Assembly (NCBI GenBank): GCA_950097015.1
Contig: CATNEN010000038.1
Location: 2,976,001 to 3,040,000 of the forward strand
Source: Macrostomum hystrix
Taxonomy: Eukaryota; Animalia; Platyhelminthes
DNA: 64,000 nt
Direction: 5' to 3'
Shown in pieces: positions 12,368 through 36,049 of this stretch (positions are counted from its first letter, which is position 1; every line of letters begins with the position of its first letter). The notes under the pieces were generated by a model that was not told the origin of the DNA, searched no databases, and worked only from the letters and a program-made list of their open reading frames with translations. The position numbers were made by a program, and so were the translations under genes.

Positions 12368-14921
12368 TAGTACCTGATACTAGCATTTGACTAGTACCTG
12401 ATACTAGCATTGGACTAGTCTCTGATACTAGCATTAGACTAGTCTCTGATGCTAGTATTCGACTAGTACCTGATACTAGCATTGGACTAGTCTCTGATAC
12501 TAGCATTGGACTAGTCTCTGATACTAGCATTGGACTAGTCTCTGATACTAGCATTAGACTAGTCTCTGATGCTAGTATTCGACTAGTACCTGATACTAGC
12601 ATTGGACTAGTCTCTGATACTAGCATTGGACTAGTCTCTGATACTAGCAATGGACTAGTCTCTGATACTAGTATTGGACTAGTACCTGATACTAGCATTT
12701 GACTAGTCTCTGATACTAGCATTGGACTAGTCTCTGATACTAGCATTGGACTAGTCTCTGATACTAGTATTGGACTAGTACCTGATACTAGCATTTGACT
12801 AGTCTCTGATACTAGCATTGGACTAGTCTCTGATACTAGTATTGGACTAGTACCTGATACTAGCATTTGACTAGTCTCTGATACTAGCATTGGACTAGTC
12901 TCTGATACTAGCATTGGACTAGTCTCTGATACTAGTATTGGACTAGTACCTGATACTAGCATTTGACTAGTCTCTGATACTAGCATTGGACTAGTCTCTG
13001 ATACTAGCAATGGACTAGTCTCTGATACTAGTATTGGACTAGTACCTGATACTAGCATTTGACTAGTCTCTGATACTAGCATTGGACTAGTCTCTGATAC
13101 TAGCATTGGACTAGTCTCTGATACTAGCATTGGACTAGTCTCTGATACTAGCAATGGACTAGTCTCTGATACTAGTATTGGACTAGTACCTGATACTAGC
13201 ATTTGACTAGTCTCTGATACTAGCATTGGACTAGTCTCTGATACTAGCAATGGACTAGTACCTGATACTAGCATTGGACTAGTCTCTGATACTAGCATTG
13301 GACTAGTACCTGATACTAGCATTGGACTAGTCTCTGATACTAGTATTGGACTAGTCTCTGATACTAGCATTTGACTAGTCTCTGATACTAGCATTGGACT
13401 AGTCTCTGATACTAGCATTGGACTAGTCTCTGATACTAGCATTGGACTAGTCTCTGATACTAGCATTATACTAGTCTCTGATACTAGCAATGGACTAGTC
13501 TCTGATAATAGCATTGGACTAGTCTCTGATACTAGCAATGGACTAGTCTCTGATACTAGCATTGGACTAGTCTCTGATACTAGCAATGGACTAGTCTCTG
13601 ATACTAGCATTGGACTAGTCTCTGATACTAGCATTGGACTAGTCTCTGATACTAGCATTGGACTAGTCTCTGATACTAGCATTGGACTAGTCTCTGATAA
13701 TAGCAATGGACTAGTCTCTGATACTAGCAATGGACTAGTCTCTGATACTAGCAATGGACTAGTCTCTGATACTAGCAATGGACTAGTCTCTGATACTAGC
13801 ATTGGACTAGTCTCTGATACTAGCAATGGACTAGTCTCTGATACTAGCATTGGACTAGTCTCTGATACTAGCAATGGACTAGTCTCTGATACTAGCATTG
13901 GACTAGTCTCTGATACTAGCATTGGACTAGTCTCTGATACTAGCATTGGACTAGTCTCTGATACTAGCATTATACTAGTCTCTGATACTAGCAATGGACT
14001 AGTCTCTGATAATAGCATTGGACTAGTCTCTGATACTAGCAATGGACTAGTCTCTGATACTAGCATTGGACTAGTCTCTGATACTAGCAATGGACTAGTC
14101 TCTGATACTAGCATTGGACTAGTCTCTGATACTAGCATTGGACTAGTCTCTGATACTAGCATTGGACTAGTCTCTGATACTAGCATTGGACTAGTCTCTG
14201 ATAATAGCAATGGACTAGTCTCTGATACTAGCAATGGACTAGTCTCTGATACTAGCAATGGACTAGTCTCTGATACTAGCAATGGACTAGTCTCTGATAC
14301 TAGCATTGGACTAGTCTCTGATACTAGCAATGGACTAGTCTCTGATACTAGCATTGGACTAGTCTCTGATACTAGCAATGGACTAGTCTCTGATACTAGC
14401 ATTGGACTAGTCTCTGATACTAGCATTGGACTAGTCTCTGATACTAGCATTGGACTAGTCTCTGATACTAGCATTGGACTAGTCTCTGATACTAGCATTG
14501 GACTAGTCTCTGATACTAGCATTGGACTAGTCTCTGATACTAGCAATGGACTAGTCTCTGATACTAGCATTGGACTAGTCTCTGATACTAGCAATGGACT
14601 AGTCTCTGATACTAGCATTGGACTAGTCTCTGATAATAGCATTGGACTAGTCTCTGATACTAGCATTGGACTAGTCTCTGATACTAGCATTGGACTAGTC
14701 TCTGATACTAGCATTGGACTAGTCTCTGATACTAGCATTGGACTAGTCTCTGATACTAGCATTGGACTAGTCTCTGATACTAGTATTGGACTAGTCTCTG
14801 ATACTAGCATTGGACTAGTCTCTGATACTAGCATTGGACTAGTCCATGGACTAGTCTCTGATACTAGCATTGGACTAGTCTCTGATACTAGCATTGGACT
14901 AGTCTCTGATACTAGAATTGG
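12368..14921. repeat. 24-bp minisatellite (GGACTAGTCTCTGATACTAGCATT)n, ~106 copies
   Basis: Period 24, contains the palindrome GACTAGTC; gives the (LVSETSPM)n ORF. Confidence 0.97.
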
Positions 14922-15107
14922 ACCACTCCTTGATAAGCTGTCTAGAAATGGCTTATTTCAGATAATGCCCGACACTAAAGAGCTTTGGTTTTTTGCTAAA
15001 ATTCATTGTAAACACTTAAGTGCATAAGCTCAGAACTTAAGGGATTTTGCCTACAGGCATACTGTTTCTGTTAGCTATAAATTTCACAAGTTCTGCTAAT
15101 TTGCCTA

Positions 15108-16122
15108 CTGTTAGTAGACTGCTCGCATCAACACAGTCCCAGTAGACTGATGTTAGTAGACTGCTCACATCAACACAGTCCCAGTAGACTGATGTTAGTA
15201 GACTGCTCACATCAACACAGTCCCAGTAGACTGATGTTAGTAGACTGCTCACATCAACACAGTCCCAGTAGACTGATGTTAGTAGACTGCTTACATCATT
15301 ACAGTCCCAGCATCCTACTGTTAGTAGACTGCTCACATCAACACAGTCCCAGTAGACTGATGTTGGTAGACTGCTCACATCAACACAGTCCCAGCATCCT
15401 ACTGTTAGTAGACTACTCACATCAATACAGTCCCAGTAGACTGATGTTAGTAGACTGCTCACATCAACACAGTCCCAGTAGACTGATGTTAGTAGACTGC
15501 TCACATCAACACAGTCCCAGTAGACTGATGTTAGTAGACTGCTCACATCAACACAGTCCCGGTAGACTGATGTTAGTAGACTGCTCACATCAACACAGTC
15601 CCGGTAGACTGATGTTAGTAGACTGCTCACATCAACACAGTCCCAGTAGACTGATGTTAGTAGACTGCTCACATCAACACAGTCCCGGTAGACTGATGTT
15701 AGTAGACTGCTCACATCAACACAGTCCCGGTAGACTGATGTTAGTAGACTGCTCACATCAACACAGTCCCAGTAGACTGATGTTAGTAGACTGCTCACAT
15801 CAACACAGTCCCAGTAGACTGATGTTAGTAGACTGCTCACATCAACACAGTCCCGGTAGACTGATGTTAGTAGACTGCTCACATCAACACAGTCCCGGTA
15901 GACTGATGTTAGTAGACTGCTCACATCAACACAGTCCCAGTAGACTGATGTTAGTAGACTGCTCACATCAACACAGTCCCAGTAGACTGATGTTAGTAGA
16001 CTGCTCACATCAACACAGTCCCGGTAGACTGATGTTAGTAGACTGCTCACATCAACACAGTCCCGGTAGACTGATGTTAGTAGACTGCTCACATCAACAC
16101 ATTCCCGGTAGACTGATGTTAG
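15108..16122. repeat. 42-bp minisatellite (TGTTAGTAGACTGCTCACATCAACACAGTCCCAGTAGACTGA)n, ~24 copies
   Basis: Period 42, visible directly. Confidence 0.97.
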
Positions 16123-16757
16123 CTATACTCAATACTTGCGTTTTCTGCGCACTCGTGCCAAGACTTTTAAGCACTGAAAAGCAAGTATTGAATCCAAAGT
16201 TATCTAAGGGTGCTATGGACGTTAAAAGACTGTTAGACGCTTTTCTTGTTTCTCGAAGAACTAAAAAACGCATTGCACTTCCTGGATGACCGGAGGGCGT
16301 AGTGAAATAGCTCTTATCTCCTAGGAATCCCCTTGTACTTTCAAGCCATAATGACAGCCCGCAAGGTTTTAATGAAACCTCACATAGTCCTCACAGCGAA
16401 CTTGAAGACAGGCCTGAGTTGCTCTCTCGCAGCTGGCTCTCTCCACCTCATTTCTATAATTGCTAATTGCAGAACTGAAGAGCAAATGAGTCCCATATAG
16501 CTAGCTTTCTGATCTTGTGTTTCAAGATCAAACCCATACTTCTGACTCACTCGTGATGTCTAGATGCAGCCAGCAAGGAGTTGTCTAGCCCTGTCCTGCT
16601 AATCTCTGATTGGCCAGATGTCTTGGCCATTAGGCGGGCTATCAATAGCTGGCCAGAGAGGCAGAACAAAATGAGAGGGCACGACGAGTACGGGGAGCTG
16701 CCACAGTAGGGATCGAGATCCGGCAGGGAAAGTACTCGTAGAAGAGCTGTCTCAATA

Positions 16758-16870
16758 TCAGCTCAGCTTCCAGCAGCTCAGCTCCCAGCAGCTCAGCTCC
16801 CAGCAGCTCAGCTCCCAGCAGCTCAGCTCCCAGCAGCTCAGCGCCCATCAACTCAGCTCCCAGAAGCTCA
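16758..16870. repeat. 15-bp repeat (CAGCTCCCAGCAGCT)n immediately upstream of the PDE start codon
   Basis: About 7 tandem copies ending 3 nt before ATG 16874. Confidence 0.85.
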
Positions 16871-16873
16871 GAC

Positions 16874-27395
<10,522 letters not shown>

Positions 27396-28089
27396 AACTG
27401 TTGCTAGACTGAAGTAAAATCATATGCTTGATAATTGCTACTAATAATTGCTACTAATAATAATACTAACAAAGCAAGCACTGCCTTAGTATACTCATAG
27501 TTTAAATAAGTTAACTTACTAATGTTGGCTCCTCTTTTCAAGATAAACTTTTTGCTTTGCATCAAATCAGTTCAAGCCAAAAACATGATTTTAACTTTGA
27601 TAGCTCGAGTTAGCATAATATAGAAATTTATCCGATATTAGGGACGAGGCTTTTGATAAGAAAAGTACTTCGAAGACCCGGAGTTTTAAATAAGTCGAAG
27701 ACTAAAAGAAGGACATGTGTCAGTAGTGCGCGGTTTATTTCTCATCGCACAGCTTACTTCTAGTAGTATACATATACGTCGATGATGCGCATGTGGTTAA
27801 GTACATTAGCTTCTGCGGCATGGGCGGAGGTAGATTCCGCCCCTGAGTTTATTTTCTTTACTGCTTAAATATGTGAAGCAAAGCAATTGTTTTCAGCACA
27901 TTGCGAGGTGATGATCTCAAAAATCAAAAGCTGTTGCGCAGGGAGAAAAACAAAGGATAGTTTTTTTCAAAGTCTTCTTGCTATTTTCTACAGAAGCCTA
28001 CAGGCAAGAGATAGAAGTTTTGAAAGTTTGCTTTTTGGCAAAAACACATTTTGTCGGCGTTGTCACAGCAATGTGATTTTGTCCAGCGG

Positions 28090-31000
28090 TCAGTTGCCCA
28101 TGGAGCGAGGCTGCGGTTCCTCTTTCTTGAAGATGTCCATCAGTTCGTCAAGCACCGTGGCCACCTTCTGAGGATTTCGCTCGCTTAGGTTAATTCCCTT
28201 GACCATCTGGCGCTTGACCTTGGGCTGGACGCGAGTTTTCGCGTCGGCGGTCGGGATGTCCTCGTACGGATCAAACAACGGGTTGAAGAAGCCCTTCACG
28301 CTGCTATACCTGAATATTTTAATAAAGCAGGGCTAGGATTTTTTTCTGATTTTAATCTAAATAGTTCAAGAGTTTAAGAATTCTGCGGCAGGCTTATGCT
28401 CGCAGCTTTGGTGTTTTAAAGAATAGGTGTTCAGTGGCATCTAAGACAAATATTTTTGCAGGACCGCCAACAGCTGCCCCGCTCAAGCTGCTACTCACTT
28501 GTCCTTTAGCGACTTGAAAACGTTCAATCGAGTCTTCACCTCGTCGAAAATGCTCTCGCTGCGGCCAACCATGGCGCGCCATCCGGGCACCACCCGGTCT
28601 ATATTCTTGGCGTTGATGCGGTCCTTGCCCAGCAAGTCGTCCACGTTGCTACCAGCCGCCTCGGCGTCGCGCGCGAGTTTCTCCTTGAACTCAGAGAAGC
28701 TCACCACTGGCACCGCCTTCTCTAGCCCCACCTGGGAGTTCTTCCTTTGCTTTTTGCCCGCCTTCGGTTTCGGAGCCTTCGAGGCAGCCGAACTGATGAC
28801 AGGAGCTTCCGTGATGGCCTGTCCAAGCAGCTGGAAGCGCTGGTTAAGCTCCTCGCGCCGGTCCTTGACAAAGTCGTACTTGATTGGCCCAATGTAAATC
28901 TTCGTGACGTTGATTCGCTCGGCCAGTTCGCGACCAGGCACCAGGGAGCGCGGATAAGGCGAAATCGGATTGCGCTTGAGGTGCTCCTTCTCGAAGCAGT
29001 ACTCCAGGTAAATGTTGTCCTCATTGATAAAGCGTATATTCTTGATGATTGCATCAGGTTTGATCTTCTTCTTGATCTTCTTGGACTTTTTTTCTTCTTT
29101 GGCAGCTGTATTAAAAATGGCGATTGTTCTGACACGGATAGACCGTTGAGATTGACCCTATAAGAAGTGACACCTATGCCAGTTGGGCCAGGTGTGAACA
29201 GCCAGTGGCACAGTCGCATCCAAATGCGGTGTACAGCCAGTCAGTCCATAGACTGGAGGTGGCCACTCCCACCCGAATATCCACCCATATAATGCTGGCA
29301 CCCTTCTCAATCCACAATAAATTACGAGCTATATGTACTTTTACTTTATTCCACTCACAGGAACCTGCTTTGTTCTCCGTAATGCTTGTTGTTGGCAGCA
29401 GCACCTGGGGATATGGCACACCCAGCGCCTTATCGCCGAAAATCCACTCCCTCCGTCGGTTCATAATCAGGCTCATCTTTTTTAGTTTGAACTTCGCCTT
29501 CATTTCTTTGTCGGACAGGATGAAGTATGAAGCGTCCATCACCTCGTCATCTGACTCTGGCTGTGTGATGAGTTTTTATAGTGGGAGAGTCAGCTAAGTC
29601 GAGATTGAGTTCTGCAACACAGGCTGAAGACATATAACTACACCAAGCCAATATGGAACAGATTTACAGCCAATGGCGCAGTCGCGGAAGCGAAGCCCAG
29701 GTTTTACCACACCCACCCCAAGTATGCTGGTACCGATTTTACAGTTTGGTCGTTCGGGTCTTAAGTCCAAAGTTAAATCAACTTTTCTGTAAGCTTAAAA
29801 CGAACCTATTTTCTGACAGATTGACAGCCTAGAAACGCAACAAAACATCATTCTGATCACTCAGATAGTTTTAGGACACCAGGCCTCACCTCTTGGGCCT
29901 CCTCTTCTTCCAATTCATCGCAAGCGGGCCCGCCGGTCGTTTCAACCTTATCGTAGCTGAGCGGATGCCCATTAAAGTCCGGGCCGCAAACCGTGTTGGT
30001 CTGGTAGCCAATGTCATCGCGGGGAACAAAGTTGCGAGGAGGCTCTAGCACGCCGAACTCGCTGCGAAATTGGAATTTGTCCTGCGGGCCCAACGGGTGG
30101 AACGAAAAGATGTAGGCCTGCGCATTTTTCACTGGGATATTGTTGGGCACCAGATTTCCAGCAGCGAATAGGCGGCTGTTCTGCTTCCAAGCCGAGTCCA
30201 GCAGTGACCGGTGCTCCTTGGCGCCATAGGGTGTGTCGCAATTCATATCGCCAAAGCTAGTCGAGCACTTGTTGCTGCGCTGGTAGGGGAAGTACAGTTC
30301 CATGTTGTCCACAGAGCTCTCTGTTATGTATATGCCGAACTTGAAGCTGAATTTTTTTAAAGCAAATGGATTTGTAGTTTCTTGAAATTTTGACTTATAT
30401 GGCGTTGTTAATAATTATCTGCTTGAAATATTGCACCCAGAAGAAAGTTGTTATTGTTTCCTAAAAACTGTAATCAAGAATGAATGGGTTGAGAAGCCTC
30501 ACCGCTGCTTGTTGTAGACTTGTCTCTTGCGATATTCCGGAAACCATCGCTCGAGCATGGTGTTGCAGATCTTCACCATCGTGTAGTCTGGCCCCTGAAT
30601 CTGAACGATCAGAAATTTGATCCATTTGAATTTGCCAACCTGTTTGTTTAGTATTCGATTGGTCATGAGGATGTAGCATTTGGACTTGCGAGAACATTTG
30701 CGAATGATAGCCGAGTGCTGCGGCTTCAGCAGGTTTAAGTTCTCGTCTGGAAATCAATTAAAAAGTACTTTTATTCAGTTACGTTTACAAGGCTTGTTTC
30801 TAGTTAATCCAAAGGAGTGAATCCTGTGGTTTCTGGCGCTATGAGAATATCTGTCCAAACTGTTGAAAACTTTTTAAATTAGTCATATGAAAAACGTGAC
30901 ATCCCAATCGGTAATTAAAGTTGCCCGAAGATCAAGAATAACTCAAACCTTTCAAGAACAGCAGGTACTCGCAAACCACCGGCTTATTATTTTGATGCCA

Positions 31001-31657
31001 CTTAGCGATGTTCTGGCCCAACTCCACAGCAAAATCGTGCTTCAACTTTTCGTCTGGTTTGAGGTCTGGTGGCACATCGCGCGGCGGGAAGGTCTCGCGC
31101 TGATCGGTGCTGGTCACTTCCTCCCAGTAAGGGCCGGGAAGTTTCTTATCTGTGAAGATGTGGGAATAGGGTGTCAGTTGTGTAACACAGCACTTCCAGT
31201 TTTCTAAAGGCTACAAATATACTTTACAACAGCCTTCGTTTCCTCAATTTTTCGCAATTGAAAGAAGCGAATAGTACACATATGGGCCTCCAGTAAGATA
31301 AATATGTGTGTGATATGATTTGCTTTTGCCGGCCATTTTATCTTCAATAGACTCATTTACCTCTACATTGCACAGCACAGGCTCACCTGACGTAAACATT
31401 CGCATGTTTCTTGGATCATTGAGCTTCTTTTCCAGGAAGGCCTGTTTCTTGGCAGCCTTGGCCGCATCATCATTGTTGGCGGCGTTGTTATTTTCCTCGT
31501 CAGGCTCGGTGATAAAAGCCGAGCCGCGGGCGCTATTGTTGCCCTGAGCGTTGAGGAGCTGGCATTCTTCTAGCTCCTGCAGATCCAGCTGGTTGATTTC
31601 TTGCAGTTTCTGAGAATCAGAATGCTGTGTGGTACCCAAGGGCTGGAAAATTTCCAT
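28090..31657 (-). CDS. Multi-exon protein of unknown function, ~704 aa, Lys/Glu-rich
   Basis: Phase-consistent exons: 31657-31387, 31149-30973 (GC donor), 30746-30503, 30346-29890, 29560-29422, 29105-28499, 28309-28090 (2115 nt). High-GC3 codons; AATAAA on the - strand at ~27735 and ~27850. Start codon and two junctions are uncertain. Confidence 0.65.
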
Positions 31658-33455
31658 GATCACGGTGGATGCTTCAAGTGCTGTAAATTGATTGTCGGGT
31701 AATTTTGCCAATTTAGTAACGTGTGGCGCTTGAATCTAAAAACTGTCTGCTTTAGCTTGAGAATTGCGGCAAGTTTTGGTCACATAGACACTTATAAGGG
31801 AAGCTTTTGCCATAGACTATTTTCCTGGACTACGCGTCATTCTTTTTGAGCAAATTAATCTTTAAACTATAATAAGCTGATTCCACTTTTGGACGGTTTT
31901 GGGCTAAAATAATGATTTGCACTTTTGAGTGCAAAAACTACGGTTTGCTAAAGGTTTGCTAAACAGAGCAGTTTTGGAGCAGCTTATAATGGGACTATCT
32001 TAATCGGTTCATTGTATTGGGATGTCCCCAGAATCCTTTGTAAATGCTACTTCGGATGTCATTAGCAGAGTCTTGATGGTGATTTCATTATGATGTGCTG
32101 TAGTCTGCTGAGCAGCCTCCAGGCAATCTGAGTGGTAAGTGTAGTCTAGGTACGGTTGGAGGGCTCGGGAGTGGGGAAATTTGCGGTTACCAGTGCACGC
32201 AAACTTCTACTCGCCACCCCCTCCTTGTTCTCTCTATCATTCCAGCTTTGTATGCGCACTGACTCACATTGCACTTTAATTGAGATTAGGTGCTATCGCT
32301 TCGGTTCGGAAGAAGACTGGCAGAATATCGCTCAAATGCTCCTACTATAAGTAGAGCACAGTCCGACGAATAAACGGGATGGTGTTTGCATGATTTTCAA
32401 AGTGTTCGCTTCAAGTATCCTATTCGAGCAGGCTAGTTTTCTTCGTGCGTTTAGAGTTTTAGTTTCCAGTTTGCAGTTTAGAATTCTGTCTTTCACCTTT
32501 CCTTTGTGTTCAGTCTAAAAGACAGAAACATGCTATTTCTCTAAGAACAAGATTCCTTGGGACTTAAAAAATTCCTCACTCCTGACCATCCATTGTGGGA
32601 AAACTTAGCAATCCAAGCCTGACTACCCGGTTGCTCCACTGCTACGAAGCATTCAGTGTTGAGGCCGGTAAACCCCCTCTGAGACTTAGCGTCCCCTGTG
32701 TTGGCTATTTTACCAATTTTGCGTGCCCTTATTTGTTTTACCAGTTGGTCCCTTCCCTGCTCTGCCATTGGCTGGCTCTTATTGGCTGAAAAGATTCAGA
32801 CAGGCGGGAATTCCGTGAGCGTGCAAAACTGCCATGAAAAAAAACGTTAAAAACGGCCCAAAAATACTGACACCCTAAAAACACCAACTAAATATTAACT
32901 AGTGAGGATAGCGACTAAGCTAAACCACACAGCGGCGATGTCTAACTTGTCACAGGACTGGGGGCTAGATACTAAGCCTAGTAACTAGTGACTCACTATC
33001 CAGTAGCTGTCTATCGAAACAGCGGACGCGGCTGTTGCCCGTCTATATATATCAGCGACGTTACCGGATGCCATGATAAAACTTCTAATGACGTCGCCCT
33101 CGGACTTCGGCGTTTGCCAATCATTCGTCTGAAAGACATCGAACGTCTTCGGTTTTTATAACCATTAAAGAATTTCACGTGTTTCTTTCAAAAATATTTT
33201 ACTTGCATGACTAATGACAAAAGGACCTTCTCACAACAAGCTTTGCAAAGTAACTGTAGAAACTAAAGGGCTTATCGTCCACGAAGGTAGAGGAGCAAAA
33301 ATTACCTAACAGAAATGGAGAAGAATGAAAAGTCGAAAAAACTATTTGTAAAAAAGAGAAAACATACCACGACAGTTAAATTGTCTTATTGCTTCGTGAA
33401 AGAAGCAACCTAGCTCCTAGATAATTACGGAAAAAAGTCTTTACGAACAGCAGCT

Positions 33456-34628
33456 TTAACTATTTACAACTTGGTCCAGCACGACGCTCTGAAAGTCATC
33501 CCTGATCCAGATGCCGTCCCAGGCAGTCAGCGTACTCATGTTCAGCTTCTCAAGGGGTCGCTGCGCAGAGAAGAGGCTATAGTTCCGCTCATGAAAAAAT
33601 TCTACGATTTTAAAAAAATTCGGCGAAGTGTGAGAAGTCAATGTCAGGTTGGAGCGCCAGAACTCCATCTGGACTGCCACGATCTTTCTCTCCTTGAACA
33701 GCCGCTCGCCAGTGGAGAAGAAGATGTGCTCGCTGGTCTCGATGTCGATCTTCATGACCACCAGGTCCGTGGTCACGCTGCTCAGAAGGTCATCGGCCCT
33801 GCCGGTCATCACGGGGATCGTGTCGGTCATGACATCCTTGTTGATCGTGGCACCGCCAACATTGCACCGTTCGGTATCAAAGTTGAGATACTTCAGAGAC
33901 ACGGAGTTGTGGAAGTACAACCACATCAGCTTCAGCTTGGGGTCGGAGCGCCAGTTCATGTCGTTGGCGGACATTCGGATCCTGATGAGGTTCCTGATGT
34001 TCGCGTCCACAGCCATCGTCGGTATGCCGGCATCCCTGGCCTGCAGTGTGTAGGCTCCGATGTTGCAGCCGACATCCATGAAGGTGACGGATCCTGTCGC
34101 GAACTTCTGAGCAATGGATAAAATCACTGTCACTTGTTCGGCCTCCCAGTTATGCATTGAAGACAAGATGAATCCGGACACAATGTCTTCAGGTGGGTAG
34201 GTGTAGATTGTGACGTTTCTACCCGTCAGCACGCTGGAAAGGTAGCCTTGGATGGCCGTTTTTTTCACCCTATTCAAGAGCTGAATTGGCAGTTTTTCTC
34301 TGATCTCGCATGGCGGAAACTTATTGTCAATCACCGCGTAGGCCGTCTGGTTCTGGCACAGACGCTGACGCAGTGTCGGGTGCAGGAAATCGATATCTCG
34401 GAGCTCCCAGTAGCCAGGGCATGCTTGTGGTGATGGCAACACGGAGCCTGGATGCTCTGAAAACAGCTTGTTGAGCTTTTCATCCTCGATTCTTTCAATG
34501 TTTGTACTAAATAAGGAAAACTGCGGCCATGCGTTCAACTGTCGGCTCCAGTACATGAGAATGATTAGCGTACAGCCAGCTAGAGCGATGAGGATGCTGT
34601 AGATTCGCACTTTCAGCTTGAATGCCAT
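33456..34628 (-). CDS. FkbM-family (Methyltransf_21-like) SAM-dependent methyltransferase, type II membrane protein, copy 1 (~390 aa)
   Basis: Signal anchor IYSILIALAGCTLIILMYW; motif I FMDVGCNIG; VVMKIDIETSE; VQMEF. Intronless. Likely ATG at 34628. Confidence 0.88.
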   Translation of the reverse strand: MAFKLKVRIYSILIALAGCTLIILMYWSRQLNAWPQFSLFSTNIERIEDEKLNKLFSEHPGSVLPSPQACPGYWELRDIDFLHPTLRQRLCQNQTAYAVIDNKFPPCEIREKLPIQLLNRVKKTAIQGYLSSVLTGRNVTIYTYPPEDIVSGFILSSMHNWEAEQVTVILSIAQKFATGSVTFMDVGCNIGAYTLQARDAGIPTMAVDANIRNLIRIRMSANDMNWRSDPKLKLMWLYFHNSVSLKYLNFDTERCNVGGATINKDVMTDTIPVMTGRADDLLSSVTTDLVVMKIDIETSEHIFFSTGERLFKERKIVAVQMEFWRSNLTLTSHTSPNFFKIVEFFHERNYSLFSAQRPLEKLNMSTLTAWDGIWIRDDFQSVVLDQVVNS

Positions 34629-35099
34629 CTTTGTTAAGAAAAAGCTTTCTTGTTTTGGTTCTCTGAATGCAGACGCAGGTAATAAAATTAGCAGTTTCTT
34701 TAGTGAATTACTCACGCTTTTATTTACTACTAATGTTTTATAGCTTGAAGAGCAGTTCTTGGTTGGCCCATAGCTAAGGCTGACTGACCCTTCTGGGCTA
34801 GCGCCCCGTGCACACCTCTGGACTGATGGCGAACCTAATCATCGCACCTATCTTCTAAGACCTCTCTCATGATAAGAGCTTTGAAAATCTCGAGACCCAC
34901 CGTATCTAAGAAGAGAGGCAAACACCTGCCAGATTACCTTTCTCTCTTTTTTCGTCTCGATAGAAAGCAGCTATTGCTAGAAACGAACAATTCCTAAGCT
35001 CCAGTTTCATGCGCGCCTTCAATGCACAGCCCTTGCCTGATCATTTCTTCGAGAGAGACGGGGTTGCTGGGTAAACAAACTTCTCAAATAAAACGGAAA

Positions 35100-35470
35100 G
35101 CTAATCATAACAATACTAATATTTGAAGGAGGGCTGCGGCAATGGCACATCATTTGGTGACACTAGACCCGCAGCCAGCAACGAGGCAATTCTGCCCATG
35201 CCACTGACTCCTGAGGACATACTCACACAGATACCGTACGCAGGCATACACTTACACAGGTGTGTACATCTGCCCTGACTTTCTCATCGTCAGGCAGTGT
35301 ACACTTTCACTGTGCCTTGGAGCTTGGCCCCAAAGGGCGTAAATTGCACGACAAGCCCCCAAGCCTTCTCTCCGCGGCTGCGCAACAAATGAATATGCCC
35401 TCGCTTCGCGGAATTGAGCTCAGGGACCTTGGTGCGAGGGGCAAACGCGATTGCTACTCTGCCACCCGAC
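35100..35470 (-). mobile_element. tRNA-derived SINE family A, near full-length copy
   Basis: Reverse complement of 24929-25290 over its whole length. Confidence 0.85.
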
Positions 35471-36049
35471 TACTAAACGGAAAGCTAGGGACTGCTTTTA
35501 CCGAGCCATCGTGGACCATAGTAGACATAGCCAGGACTGCTAAACAACACTACACAACAGTGTTGTTGTCATTATGGCATAGATAAATAGGCATAAACTT
35601 ATGTGCCTTGTTTTAGCCCAGAATTGTCTACTTGACGCCGTAGAGCAGCGCTCTCATTTCACACTGAGATACAGCGTCAGGACTAGCTTAAACTGTGAAC
35701 GAGAATAGGCCGTTTTCACAGCATGTTTGCGAGGCCATGTAGCTCCAGTTTATGAGAGTTGAATTGCTATGCTCCTTATGCAGTGCATGGAAATCTGGAT
35801 TTGTAAACACACTAAAACTTGCGCATTCAAAACTTCTGTCCTTTGAATTTCATTGCACTGACCATCCAAAGCTTCCAATTGACAAATTTTCATATTCGCA
35901 CTGAAGAAAGGCGAACATTTGTTCATGTTTTACTATTAGTAAGGTGAATGTCGGAGGTGAGAGGTAAAGAGTTTAAAGCGTTAGTCTCTCACACCAAGGG
36001 TTTCTTGCAAAGCTAGCGCTAGACCTCAGCTGTGACGTCATCGCACTTC

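Noticed and set aside
12354-14894. 846 aa (LVSETSPM)n ORF as a mucin-like protein
   Set aside because: It coincides exactly with a 24-bp array whose unit is a multiple of 3 and stop-free in that frame. No signal peptide or flanking exons were found.
15037-16289. 351/379 aa periodic ORFs
   Set aside because: Translations of the 42-bp minisatellite on both strands.
32765-32815. Two ATTGG (CCAAT) boxes and an E2F-like GGCGGGAA as a promoter
   Set aside because: Short motifs with no linked transcription start that can be supported.
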